The notes under the pieces: model-generated | Databases searched by the model: none | What the model saw: the letters and a program-made list of their open reading frames with translations, nothing else | What the model was told of the DNA's origin: nothing | Shown: one piece after another, positions 19,218 to 30,593 of the stretch | Layout of the letters: each line of letters opens with the position of its first letter | Position numbering within the stretch: the first letter of the stretch is position 1 | Position numbers and translations under genes: made by a program | Assembly (NCBI GenBank): GCA_963748625.1 | Contig: CAVVJT010000005.1 | Span: forward strand, 1-64,000 | Length of the DNA: 64,000 nt | Source: an uncultured Chloroflexia bacterium | GTDB taxonomy: Bacteria > Chloroflexota > Limnocylindria > Limnocylindrales > CSP1-4 | Direction: 5' to 3'

Positions 19218-20837
19218 GTGACACCGGCTGAGCGCCTCGCATCCCTCGAGGCTGTGTACCACCTGGCCAGGGACGCCCGCGACCGCCTCGACGTCGCCCG
19301 CGCCATCGGCCTGCCCGAGGATTCCTCCACGCTGGAGGCCGTCGCCCTGCGCACGTCCGCTGCCGTCCACGCCGCGCTCGAGGCCTTCATGCCCAGCGAT
19401 GCCGCAGGTCTGGACGAGGAGGAGCAGCGGGTCCTGCGCACGATCCGCGAGGGGATCGAGGCCGCGGACACCTACGGCCTCCCGGTCGCGCCCGCGCTGG
19501 GCCCGGACCTCTGCACCGACCCGGACGCGATGCACGTGGCGCTCGAGGCCGGGGGCGACGTCCTCCAGGCCCACCTGGTGGCCTGCTTCGCGACGCTGGG
19601 CGAGGACCTGCGCATCGGGGACGAGCGCGTCACGCGCCTCCAGCTCATCGGCAGGCTGGGTCGGGAGCCCGATGTCGAGGCCCGGCGGACCCTGTTCCTG
19701 GCGCTGCGCCCGCTGTGGGATGTGGTCGACGGTGGCGGCAGGGGTGCATCGCCGTACCAGGTGCTGGTCGCACGCTCGTCCGAGCGATGGCGGCATGGCC
19801 ACTCACCGATCGCACTCAACGCGACGGCCCTGGGGGTCCGGGCTGCCGATATCGAGTCCTGGGCCCTGACGGCCCTGACCGCCTGGCGGGCGGCCGTCGT
19901 GGAGCCCGCACGCACCCGCGGCGAGGCACTCATCGAGCCCTGGGACTGGTGGTGGGTCGCGGGCGAGTTGCAGCGGGCCGTGGATCCGATCCCCGTCTCC
20001 ACGGCGCTGGAGGTCAACGCCGCCTACGCGGCCGCTCTCGGGGCCAACCTCGGGGCGCTCGGGGTGACGTTCGACACGCAGCCTCGGCCGGGCCGTCCCG
20101 CGGTGGCGATGGCGTTCACGACCTTCGGCGGGCGGCCGTACCTGCGTGACGACGGTGCGTGGGCACCGGGTCGCCCCACCGTCGTGATGACGAACTTCCG
20201 GGGCGGCTATGCGGAGCTCGGGGAGCTGGTGCACGAGACGGGGCATGCCCTCCACATCGCGGGCATCCGGACGCGTCCCGCGTATGCTGACTGGCCTGAC
20301 AGCGATGCCCTCACCGAGGCGCTCGCCGATGTGCTCGCGCTTGATCTGACCGAGCCCGCCTGGCTGCGCCGCTGGCTTCCCGGGGCGCAGGTCGTCCCGG
20401 AGGCGACCGCGATCCGCAGCCGCTACGCGGACGTGGTGCTCGATGCCGCGTGGGCGATGTTCGAGCTCCGGATGCACGCGGCTCCCCACCGTCGGCCCAA
20501 CGACGTCTGGACCGAGATCACCGGCACCTGGCTGGGCATCGCGCCGCACCCGGAGTGGTCATGGTGGGCGATCCGCGGGCAGCTGGTGGAGTCACCGGGG
20601 TACATGGCCAACTACGCGGTTGGCGCGGTGCTCGCAACCGCCATCCGGGCGGCGATGCGGGCCGAGCTTGGTGACTGGGTGCACGGCGACCGCCGCTGGT
20701 ACCCGTGGCTGCGCGACCGCGTGTTCCGCTACGGCCTGGAGCGGTCGTCGCGCGACGTGCTCCACGATCTGCTGGGCCGCGCCCCGACGGCCGACACGCT
20801 GCTGGCCGAGCTGGCGCGCGCAGGGACGGACGCCTGA
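19218..20837 (+). CDS. Gluzincin metallopeptidase (M3/M32-like)
   Basis: LVHETGHALH, downstream E in TEALA, and PGYMANY. Confidence 0.7.
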   Translation: MTPAERLASLEAVYHLARDARDRLDVARAIGLPEDSSTLEAVALRTSAAVHAALEAFMPSDAAGLDEEEQRVLRTIREGIEAADTYGLPVAPALGPDLCTDPDAMHVALEAGGDVLQAHLVACFATLGEDLRIGDERVTRLQLIGRLGREPDVEARRTLFLALRPLWDVVDGGGRGASPYQVLVARSSERWRHGHSPIALNATALGVRAADIESWALTALTAWRAAVVEPARTRGEALIEPWDWWWVAGELQRAVDPIPVSTALEVNAAYAAALGANLGALGVTFDTQPRPGRPAVAMAFTTFGGRPYLRDDGAWAPGRPTVVMTNFRGGYAELGELVHETGHALHIAGIRTRPAYADWPDSDALTEALADVLALDLTEPAWLRRWLPGAQVVPEATAIRSRYADVVLDAAWAMFELRMHAAPHRRPNDVWTEITGTWLGIAPHPEWSWWAIRGQLVESPGYMANYAVGAVLATAIRAAMRAELGDWVHGDRRWYPWLRDRVFRYGLERSSRDVLHDLLGRAPTADTLLAELARAGTDA

Positions 20838-20871
20838 CAATCCACGGATCCACGACCGGTACGATGGGACG

Positions 20872-21537
20872 GTGTCCGAGCCGACGTCCCGCTGGTCCCC
20901 CGCCGCGGTCCTGCCACGCCTGCCCAAGCTGCTCGCCGGGCTCCTCACCTTCGGGCTCGGGATCTCGTTGATGGTCCAGGCGGACATGGGCCTGAGCCCC
21001 TGGGAGGTCTTCCACCAGGGCATCTCGCGGCTCACCGGCATCCCGCTGGGCACGGTCAGCATCATCGTGGGCATCCCCATCTTGCTCGCCTGGTGGCCGC
21101 TGGGCGAACGGCCGGGCGTGGGCACCGTGCTCAACATCCTGCTGATCGGCACCGCCACGAACGTGGGCATGGCCGTCATTCCTGCCCCGGACGCGATGCC
21201 GGTGCGACTGGCGATGATGCTTGCAGGGGTGGCGATCATCGCCATCGGGTCCGGGCTGTACCTGGCGTCAGACCTGGGGCCCGGGCCCCGCGACGGCCTG
21301 ATGACGGGCCTCCACCAGCGCTATGGCTGGTCGATCCGGCGGGCCAGGACGGGCATCGAGCTGTCGGTGCTGCTCGTGGGCTGGCTGATGGGCGGCACCG
21401 TGGGCCTCGGCACGGTCGTGTTCGCGTTCGGGATCGGGCCGCTGGTCCAGGTCGCGCTCAAGGTCTTCGACCGGGAGGGGCGAGTGTCGCGGCGGCGGCG
21501 CATCGTGCTCGAAGCCGAGGGCGACATCGGCGACTGA
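20872..21537 (+). CDS. YczE/YyaS-like membrane protein
   Basis: GLSPWEVFHQG, GVGTVLN, GPGPRDGLM and VGLGTV motifs. Confidence 0.85.
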   Translation: MSEPTSRWSPAAVLPRLPKLLAGLLTFGLGISLMVQADMGLSPWEVFHQGISRLTGIPLGTVSIIVGIPILLAWWPLGERPGVGTVLNILLIGTATNVGMAVIPAPDAMPVRLAMMLAGVAIIAIGSGLYLASDLGPGPRDGLMTGLHQRYGWSIRRARTGIELSVLLVGWLMGGTVGLGTVVFAFGIGPLVQVALKVFDREGRVSRRRRIVLEAEGDIGD

Positions 21538-21578
21538 GCCCGCGACCGGGTCGTCGCCGGGTCGTCGGGCGTCGGCCC

Positions 21579-23510
<1,932 letters not shown>

Positions 23511-23657
23511 AGGCAGGGGGTCTCGTCCGGGTGGCGGGCGTGGGGCATGGTGGACCGGGGGCCTCGGGAACGCAGGCCGACATTCTACGCGGACCGGCCG
23601 ACCGCGCCTTCCGAGCGGCCATCGGCGCATCCGGAGCACCCCGGCTACCCTGTCGTC

Positions 23658-24620
23658 ATGCGCCGCTCGACTGCCGCCCGCGCCCTCCTCCTCGCCGCGA
23701 CCGTTGTCGTGGCCGCCGCCTGCACACCGGGTTCAGGGTCCCTGTCGGGCGCCCCCGGCTGGTCGCAGGCCAGCCCCGATCCGTCGTCAGGCCAGGTTCC
23801 CACGAAGTCGGCCAGCGTGATCCCGGTGATCATCAACTCGCAGTCGGTCGTGGGCGACAACCGGTTCCTGTTCTCGTTCCTCGATGCGGCCAAGAACCTG
23901 CCGGCAGCCTCGCCCGAGCGGACCGCCTACGTCGCGTTCATCAAGCCCGGCGAGAGCGAGCCGGGACCGGCCACGCAGGCGACCTTCCTGTGGGCGATCG
24001 AGGGTTCGCGCGGCGAGTACGTCACGCCCGCCACCTTCGACGTCCCGGGCGCTTGGAAGGCCGTCTTCATCACCCAGGAGCCCGGCGGCAAGCAGGAGGC
24101 CATCGGCGTGGCCTTCGAGGTGGTCGAGGACGGATCGGCCGTGGCCGTGGGCGAGAAGGCACCGGCCACCGACAACCCCACCTCCGCCGACGTCAACGGG
24201 GATCTCAAGCAGATCTCCACGGACCTCAACCCCGATCCCCGGTTCTACGAGATGTCCGTGGCCGACGCGCTGGCACAGGGCAAGCCCTTCGTCCTCGTAT
24301 TCGCCACCCCGGCCTTCTGCCAGAGCTCCCAGTGCGCCCCCACGCTCGCGGGCGTCAAGAAGGCCGCCGCGAACGCCCCTGCCAACGTCGCCTTCATCAA
24401 CGTCGAGCCCTACCAGATGACCAACACCGACGGGAACCTCCAGCCGGTGCTCGACGCGTACAACCAGCTCCAGACGGTGGCGTCGGTGGACGAGTGGGGC
24501 ATCCTGACCGAGCCGTGGATCTACACCGTGGACCGGACGGGCGTCGTGAGGGCCTCGTTCGAGGGCGCCGTCAGCGATGCCGACCTCGAGGCCGCGATCA
24601 AGGAGATCGCCGGCTCCTGA
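23658..24620 (+). CDS. Thioredoxin-like lipoprotein with C-x4-C motif
   Basis: Lipobox VAAAC; FATPAFCQSSQCAP; EPWIYTVD. Confidence 0.75.
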   Translation: MRRSTAARALLLAATVVVAAACTPGSGSLSGAPGWSQASPDPSSGQVPTKSASVIPVIINSQSVVGDNRFLFSFLDAAKNLPAASPERTAYVAFIKPGESEPGPATQATFLWAIEGSRGEYVTPATFDVPGAWKAVFITQEPGGKQEAIGVAFEVVEDGSAVAVGEKAPATDNPTSADVNGDLKQISTDLNPDPRFYEMSVADALAQGKPFVLVFATPAFCQSSQCAPTLAGVKKAAANAPANVAFINVEPYQMTNTDGNLQPVLDAYNQLQTVASVDEWGILTEPWIYTVDRTGVVRASFEGAVSDADLEAAIKEIAGS

Positions 24621-24627
24621 GCCTGCG

Positions 24628-25032
24628 TCAGGGTGCCGACGCGTCCTCGACCCGGTAGACGAGCAGGGTCTCCCCGTCCAGCCGGAACGACACGCGGACC
24701 GCCTCGCTGGTCGCCATGTGCTCGGCCAGGTGGGATGGCGGAAACTCCACGGCGTTCTCCAGCGGCCCGACGGCGAACGCGATCTCGGTGCCCGCGTCCG
24801 TCCGGAGGACAAAGCCGCGGACCTTCGTGAGGCTCTCCGTGTCGAGCTTGATCACCTTGCCCTCGACCGGCGACGCGAGCAGCGCCGCTGCCGCGCTGGC
24901 CGCCGCCAGGTCGACCTGCCCTTCCGGCTCTGCGCAACCGGCCACGACCCCGGCGAGCACCAGGCACAGGCCGACCACCATGGTGCGGACTCCCTTGGCG
25001 CCCGGGAGCCGGCGGGAGGCCGGACCCCTCAC
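24628..25032 (-). CDS. Small lipoprotein, possible OB fold with HxxEH motif
   Basis: VAGC lipobox; GTG overlaps pyrE stop; HLAEHM. Confidence 0.65.
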   Translation of the reverse strand: MRGPASRRLPGAKGVRTMVVGLCLVLAGVVAGCAEPEGQVDLAAASAAAALLASPVEGKVIKLDTESLTKVRGFVLRTDAGTEIAFAVGPLENAVEFPPSHLAEHMATSEAVRVSFRLDGETLLVYRVEDASAP

Positions 25033-25703
25033 GCCGGGCTCAACCCCGTGCCCGAGCTCCCTGGCTTGACCACGCCCGATCCCGCCGCGCACAGGGGGCA
25101 CTCGGCCGGATCCCACGTGGGCAGCTCCAGCCGCCACAGCGATCGCAGCGGGTACACGCGGCCCGTCGCGGGCGACGTCAGGGACGCCATCCCGCCGCTG
25201 CGGTCCACGATCACAGCACACTCTACGATCTCGCCGCCCATCGCCTCCACGGCGGGGATCATCGCCAGCAGCGAGCCGCCGGTGGTGAGGATGTCGTCCA
25301 CGAGCAGGACCCGCTCGCCCTTCGCGATGGTGAAGCCGCGCCGGAACTCGCGGCGGGTGCCGTCGGCGCCGGCGACCTCTTCCGCGAAGATCGCGCGGGT
25401 GCCCAGCTGGCGGCCAGTCTCGAAGGCGAGCATGACGCCGCCCGTGGTGGGCCCGGCGACCACGTCCACGTCCGTCGAACCGTCACGCTCGCGGTTGGCC
25501 GCCGCCCAGATGCCGCACAGCTCGCTCGTGGCGGCCGGGTCCTGGAGCACCTGGAACTTCTCGAGGTAGGCGCTGCTGTGACGGCCGCTCTTGAGCGCGA
25601 AGTGGCCCTCGCGCAGGGCGCCGCTGGCGCGGAACAGGGCCTCGGTGCGCTGGGCGATCGCTCGCCGCGCGGTCTCGTCCAGGGTGTGTCGGAGCGTCGT
25701 CAT
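25029..25703 (-). CDS. pyrE: Orotate phosphoribosyltransferase
   Basis: GHFALKSGRHS and VLLVDDILTTGGS (PRPP loop). Confidence 0.93.
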   Translation of the reverse strand: MTTLRHTLDETARRAIAQRTEALFRASGALREGHFALKSGRHSSAYLEKFQVLQDPAATSELCGIWAAANRERDGSTDVDVVAGPTTGGVMLAFETGRQLGTRAIFAEEVAGADGTRREFRRGFTIAKGERVLLVDDILTTGGSLLAMIPAVEAMGGEIVECAVIVDRSGGMASLTSPATGRVYPLRSLWRLELPTWDPAECPLCAAGSGVVKPGSSGTGLSPA

Positions 25704-25772
25704 GGTCCGCGAATTCTAGGCGAGCGCGGCCCGGCACGCCCGTGGTCCGGTGGCCAGCGCCCGCCCACGGCG

Positions 25773-25949
25773 GATTCCATCCCGGCAAGGATGAACCTGC
25801 CGTCTCGATCCTCGTGAGGATGAAACGCGGGCCGTTCGTGCAGGGCTCAGGCGCGGAAGCCGGGTTCGGCGGTTGACCTCCGCACGCCATGGCTGGATCC
25901 CATCCGTAGGGGGATTGTTTGGCGATTCCATCCCCGCGAGAATGGAATC
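25773..25949. repeat. Four palindromes with ATCC-N6-G(G/A)AT core, in two pairs
   Basis: Cores at 25778, 25807, 25901 and 25929. Confidence 0.7.
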
Positions 25950-25993
25950 GAGCCGCAGCTCCCGCGGCAGCAGCGATGATCGCCGGACAGACG

Positions 25994-26024
25994 ACGGCGC
26001 CCCCGGCCAGGCCGGAGGCGCCGT
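25994..26024 (-). terminator. Hairpin after META gene
   Basis: acggcgcc.ccggcc / gccgg.ggcgccgt stem. Confidence 0.5.
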
Positions 26025-26060
26025 GCGGTACGCGGGAGAGCCGGATCCCGGCCCCGGGGA

Positions 26061-26879
26061 TCAGCCCTCCGCGGCGGTGAAGGTGAGCACCGTGCCGTTG
26101 GCGCCGGTGAGCGTCAGGACGTCCCCGTCGATCGCGTACGGGACCTCGCCCTGCAGGACCGTGCTCATGACGGTCTCCACGTCGCCACCCGGTCCCTCGC
26201 AGAGCATCATCGTCATCATCATCGGGCCGAAGGTGAGCGCGGTGTCGGAGATCTCCACTTCGCCGCCGCCGGTGTTGCAGCCGAACGCCACGTTGGCCCG
26301 GCCGTCCTGGATCTGGATCGACGCGGTCACGCCGGCGGGCACGGACGACGCGGCGTTCGCGTCGCTGATCCCGTTCAGCGTCCAGAGCGTGTCCTCCAGC
26401 GAGACGTCGGGGTTGACCGTCGCCTCGTCGGCCAGCGTGAGGGTCACGTCGCCGTTGACCAGCGTCAGCGTGGTGTCATCGACCGCGACCTTGGCGCCGT
26501 TGAGCAGTGCCGACAGCCACTGGTCCTGGGCCATGAGCGGCTCCTCGCAGGCCATCTCGGTGGAGAACATCGCACCCACCGTCATGACCCCGTCCACGAC
26601 CTGGTAGTCGCCGCCCATCCGGTTGCAGCCGCCGGTGCCCGACAGGGCGGCGTCCTCGAAGGACAGTGTGATCTTGGAAGGGTCGGCGGGCGAGGCGGGG
26701 TCCGCCTTCACGCCGACCCAGGAGGTGCCGGCGAGGCCGCCATCCGTGACGCCTGCGGTGGGCGGCGTGGGCTCGGGACCCGCCGGGGAGGGCTGGGCCG
26801 TGGGCGACGCGGCCCCGCCGCCGCAGGCGGCGAGCGCCAGCGTGGCGACGGCGGTCAGGGCGAGGATCTGGGAGCGCAT
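26061..26879 (-). CDS. Lipoprotein with two META (HslJ-like) domains
   Basis: LAAC lipobox; GGCNR...STEMAC and GCNT...MTMMLC. Confidence 0.9.
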   Translation of the reverse strand: MRSQILALTAVATLALAACGGGAASPTAQPSPAGPEPTPPTAGVTDGGLAGTSWVGVKADPASPADPSKITLSFEDAALSGTGGCNRMGGDYQVVDGVMTVGAMFSTEMACEEPLMAQDQWLSALLNGAKVAVDDTTLTLVNGDVTLTLADEATVNPDVSLEDTLWTLNGISDANAASSVPAGVTASIQIQDGRANVAFGCNTGGGEVEISDTALTFGPMMMTMMLCEGPGGDVETVMSTVLQGEVPYAIDGDVLTLTGANGTVLTFTAAEG

Positions 26880-26932
26880 GGGATCACCTTGGGGGTCGAT
26901 GGAGGCGGCGTCGCCGCCGTGGAATGCCCACC

Positions 26933-26959
26933 AGACGCCGTCGCACGACGGCCGGTTCC
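26933..26959 (-). promoter_or_regulatory. Putative ECF-sigma promoter of META gene
   Basis: Minus strand GGAACC-N16-CGTCT. Confidence 0.6.
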
Positions 26960-26960
26960 C

Positions 26961-27230
26961 CTACCCGATCAGGGCGGCGACGACGATCGCGATCCAGAGC
27001 ACGGTGGCCATCGACTGCACCACCCAGAAGGAGCGGTGCTGGGTCTTGTGGCGCATGCCGAAGAACACGATCCAGGCGCCGATGCAGCCCCCCAGGAGGT
27101 TCATGATCCACAGCGTGCGCTCGCGGATGCGCCGGGCGCCGCGTCGGGCCGCGATCTTGTCGTAGGCGTAGGCGGCGGCCGTGGCGATGTTGATCACGAG
27201 CAGCCAGGCCAGCAGGGCGGACGGCAGCAT
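26961..27230 (-). CDS. DUF1294 family membrane protein
   Basis: YAYDKIAA..RRIRERTL..GG..GA..RHKT motif. Confidence 0.9.
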   Translation of the reverse strand: MLPSALLAWLLVINIATAAAYAYDKIAARRGARRIRERTLWIMNLLGGCIGAWIVFFGMRHKTQHRSFWVVQSMATVLWIAIVVAALIG

Positions 27231-28357
27231 CAGCGGGCGTACTCCGCGCCGCGGGTCGAGGGCGGCGATGGCCTGGCGGGCAGGGCGGTCCCGACCAGGT
27301 CCCGCACCGAGGTGAGGCCGCGGGCGCGGCAGGCATCGGCGAGCTCGTCGGCCAGGCGCACGGGCAGCATCGGGTCGGCGAGAGCGGCCACCCCGATCCC
27401 CACGGCGGAGGCGCCGGCCGCCAGCATGTCGAGCACGTCGTCGAGCGAGGCGATCCCCCCAATGCCGATCACGGGCACGTCCACCACCTGGGCGACCTCC
27501 CACACCACGCGCAGCGCGACCGGCCGCAGGGCCGGTCCGCAGATCCCGCCGTACTCCGAGCCGAGCGCGGGCCCGCGCCGGTCGGCTGCAAGCGCGAGGC
27601 CCGGCAGCGTGTTCACGGCGGACACGGCGTCGGCGCCCGCGTCCACGACCGCTCGCGCGATGGCGCGCACGTCGGTCGCCGCGGGCGTGAGCTTCGCGAT
27701 GAGCGGCAGATCGCAGGCGCGCCGCACGGCGCCCACCACGCTCGCGGCGGCCCCCGCATCCAGCCCGAACGCGTTCCCCCGCCCGCCGTTCGAGCACGAG
27801 AGGTTGATCTCCACGCCCGCGAGCCCGGGCACCCCCTCCAGGCGTCGGGCAGCCTCGCCGTAGTCGGCCGCCGAGTCACCGCAGAGGTTGAGGATCACCG
27901 GGATGGGCCAGCCTGCCCACGTGGTCGCGTACCGGTCCAGCACCAGGTCCAGCCCGATGTTCTGGGGTCCGGTCCCCATCAGGAGCCCGGCGGGAACCTC
28001 GGCCGTGCGCGGGGCGCCATGCCCCCCCCGCGGCTTGAGCGACGTACCGCGGGTCACGAGGCCGCCGAGCCGCGGCAGGTCCACGAGGTCCACCATCTCC
28101 ACGCCGTAGCCGAACGGCCCCGCGGCGGCCAGCACCGGGTTGCCCAGCACCAGCCCGGACCCCAGGTCCACCGTGAGGTCCACCGGTCGTCCGCCGAGGG
28201 CGTCGAGGGCCATGCCGGCGACTGGCTCCATCGCGTTGACTGGCTCGATGGCCGGACGCCGGGCTCCGGGCGCCGGTGAGCTGATCGCGGGCTTGATCTT
28301 GCGCACGGTGGGGGTGCGGCCCGAGCGCCCCATCATCGCCTGCCGCTTCGCCTTCAC
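27230..28357 (-). CDS. pyrD: Dihydroorotate dehydrogenase B catalytic subunit (divergent); start uncertain
   Basis: NPVLAAAG, EINLSCSN, AKLTP, VNT and IGIGGI; directly downstream of pyrK. Confidence 0.85.
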   Translation of the reverse strand: MKAKRQAMMGRSGRTPTVRKIKPAISSPAPGARRPAIEPVNAMEPVAGMALDALGGRPVDLTVDLGSGLVLGNPVLAAAGPFGYGVEMVDLVDLPRLGGLVTRGTSLKPRGGHGAPRTAEVPAGLLMGTGPQNIGLDLVLDRYATTWAGWPIPVILNLCGDSAADYGEAARRLEGVPGLAGVEINLSCSNGGRGNAFGLDAGAAASVVGAVRRACDLPLIAKLTPAATDVRAIARAVVDAGADAVSAVNTLPGLALAADRRGPALGSEYGGICGPALRPVALRVVWEVAQVVDVPVIGIGGIASLDDVLDMLAAGASAVGIGVAALADPMLPVRLADELADACRARGLTSVRDLVGTALPARPSPPSTRGAEYAR

Positions 28358-28397
28358 GACGTCGCCGCCTTCATCGGACGCGCGTCCGTCATCGCGC

Positions 28398-29261
28398 TCA
28401 TGCCGGCTCCGGCCAGGCAAGCTCGTCCGGGGCGAAGACCGGCCCCTCCCGGCAGACCCGCTGGGCGGCGCCATTCGAGCCCTGCACCGCGCAGCCCTGG
28501 CAGGTGCCGGCCGCGCACCCGATGACCTGGTCCAGCGCAACCTGCAGGTGGCTCTTGCGCCGGGCTTCGGCGGAACCCGGGGTGGGCGGCCGGCCCCCGC
28601 CACGCTTGCGGCCCAGCGTCGCCACGCCGAGGCGGCCGCGGCGCCCGACCGCCAGGTGCGCCAGGCGCCCGAGCAGCGCAGGCGGACCCGCCGCGAACGA
28701 CTGGTCGGCCCAGCCCTCGTACTCCATCACCAGGTCCACCACGGAGCCCCGGTGGCCGAGCGACCCATCGTCGGTGGCGACCACGTACTCCACCTCGTCG
28801 GGCAGGAGGCTCGAGGGGTAGACCTCGGACGCCGTCCGCGCGCCGTAGAGGAGGACCACCGAACGGATCTCGCGGATCGCCTCGTCGATGAGCATCCGCA
28901 CCGCGGCGATGGACGGGCCCTGGGCGATCAGCAGGAGGTGCCGCGAACGGGGATCCACCTCGAACGGGCGGCCCAAGGGCCCCGCGATGTCGGCCCGGTC
29001 ACCCGGCCTGAGGGTCCGCGCCCACGCGCCCGCTGCCTGCGATGCCGCGGGCACCTGGAGCGTCAGCGTCCCGGACGCCGCATCGGCGGTTGCCAGCGGA
29101 TACGGGCGGCGCAACGGGAGGCCGCCGGCCTCGACGGTCCGCACGTGGACGTACTGGCCGGCGCGCGCCCCGGACGCGATCGCCGGGGCATGCCAGGACT
29201 GCAGCCACTGGCCGGGCAGGATCTCGCGGGTCTCGAGGAGCTCCGCGCCGGTGAGCCGCAT
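28398..29261 (-). CDS. pyrK: Dihydroorotate dehydrogenase electron-transfer subunit
   Basis: GQYV, LRRPY, GPLGRPF and 2Fe-2S motif CAAGTCQGC...VCREGPVF. Confidence 0.88.
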   Translation of the reverse strand: MRLTGAELLETREILPGQWLQSWHAPAIASGARAGQYVHVRTVEAGGLPLRRPYPLATADAASGTLTLQVPAASQAAGAWARTLRPGDRADIAGPLGRPFEVDPRSRHLLLIAQGPSIAAVRMLIDEAIREIRSVVLLYGARTASEVYPSSLLPDEVEYVVATDDGSLGHRGSVVDLVMEYEGWADQSFAAGPPALLGRLAHLAVGRRGRLGVATLGRKRGGGRPPTPGSAEARRKSHLQVALDQVIGCAAGTCQGCAVQGSNGAAQRVCREGPVFAPDELAWPEPA

Positions 29262-29282
29262 GGATGGCGGGGGCGGGAACCG

Positions 29283-30215
29283 CTAGGAGCGGCTCTTCTC
29301 CTCGCCCTCGGTCTCCTCGCCCTCGGTCTCCTCGCCGTCCTCGTCCTCGCCGTCCTCGTCCTCGCCTTCCTCGCCCTCCTCCTCGAGATCGGGCGCGATG
29401 TTCGGGAAGGCCTCGGCCAGGGTGTCGGCGAGATCGCCGAAGATGTCCGTCGGGTCGTAGTAGGCGACGATGTCCTCGGGGCCTGTCAGCTGCTTCCACT
29501 CGCCGGATTCGTCGTCGGGGATGACCTCGGCGCGGAACGTGCCACCGGCCGTGTAGATCAGCCGCTCGTCGTCGTCGTCCACGATGATGACGTCGCCCAG
29601 CTGGCCCGCCAGCCTGGACGCAGCCTCCTCGAAGGCGTCGATGATGCGGGCCTCGCTCGCCTGGCTGCGCTCCTGGAAATCGAGCGCGAGGTTGTACATC
29701 GCGAGCGCGGCGGACTCCTCGTCCGCGGCCTCCGCGACGGGCACCTGGGCCTTCGCCCACTCATCGGCAGCCGATGCGTAGCCCGCGTCCTCACCGAGCG
29801 TGAAGGTCTCCTCGGGCGGGATGCCGGCCGTCTCGAGCAGCTCGTCGGCGGCGGTGGGCTGCGGGGCCATGCCCGCCGCCTCGCGTGCGGCCTCGGCGAA
29901 GGCCTGGTAGACCTCGGCCGGGTTGAACAGCTCCACCAGCTCCGAGGCGGTCTCCACGATCTCCGTGTCGGACGTCCACTCGCCCGTGACCGGGTCCTCG
30001 AACCGCGAGCGCACGCGGAACGTGCAGTCCGGCGCGACGGAGAGATAGTCCGGCTCGTCCTCGATCAGCGTCAGGCCACCGAGGCGGCTGATCCGCTCAC
30101 GGTTGCGGTCGATGAACCGCGCGAGCTGCTCCGTGGCCTGGACCAGCGCATCGCCTCGCTCGAGGGCGGCATCGTTGGCCAGCTCGCCGAGCATGTCATT
30201 CCGGCTCACGTCCAT
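29283..30215 (-). CDS. Highly acidic hypothetical protein with internal domain duplication
   Basis: SD GGGAGG; 310 aa; two similar halves; poly-acidic tail. Confidence 0.8.
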   Translation of the reverse strand: MDVSRNDMLGELANDAALERGDALVQATEQLARFIDRNRERISRLGGLTLIEDEPDYLSVAPDCTFRVRSRFEDPVTGEWTSDTEIVETASELVELFNPAEVYQAFAEAAREAAGMAPQPTAADELLETAGIPPEETFTLGEDAGYASAADEWAKAQVPVAEAADEESAALAMYNLALDFQERSQASEARIIDAFEEAASRLAGQLGDVIIVDDDDERLIYTAGGTFRAEVIPDDESGEWKQLTGPEDIVAYYDPTDIFGDLADTLAEAFPNIAPDLEEEGEEGEDEDGEDEDGEETEGEETEGEEKSRS

Positions 30216-30226
30216 GCGTGCCTCCC

Positions 30227-30553
30227 TTACCCGTGGTACTCGAGATCCGGTCCGAGTCGTTCTCGGAGGAACATCGAGTGATGGCGCTCGAACATCCACT
30301 CACCCGCCCGGTGGCCCAGGGCCCTAGTGGCCTCATCGGCCTCCAGCTTGTCCAGGGTCCCGTAGTCAGGCAGGTCGAACATGATGACGTTGTCGAAGTC
30401 CCAGCCGTGGGCGACGTTGTACCAGCCCATGAACTTGATGCCGAACTTCTCCTCGTACTCCTTCACCTGGCGCGGGAACAGCGTCTTCATGAAGAACTTG
30501 AAGAACGGGTCCCGGCCGCGTCGGACGGAGAAGTAGGTGGCAAGAACGGGCAT
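30227..30553 (-). CDS. Small hypothetical protein, possibly dimeric alpha+beta barrel (NIPSNAP/GYD-like)
   Basis: SD GGAGG; typical codon usage; GIKFMGWY...WDFDNVIMFDLPD pattern. Confidence 0.75.
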   Translation of the reverse strand: MPVLATYFSVRRGRDPFFKFFMKTLFPRQVKEYEEKFGIKFMGWYNVAHGWDFDNVIMFDLPDYGTLDKLEADEATRALGHRAGEWMFERHHSMFLRERLGPDLEYHG

Positions 30554-30593
30554 GGGCGCGTTGGTCCTCCCGGGATCCGCTGGTCGTTCGGGC

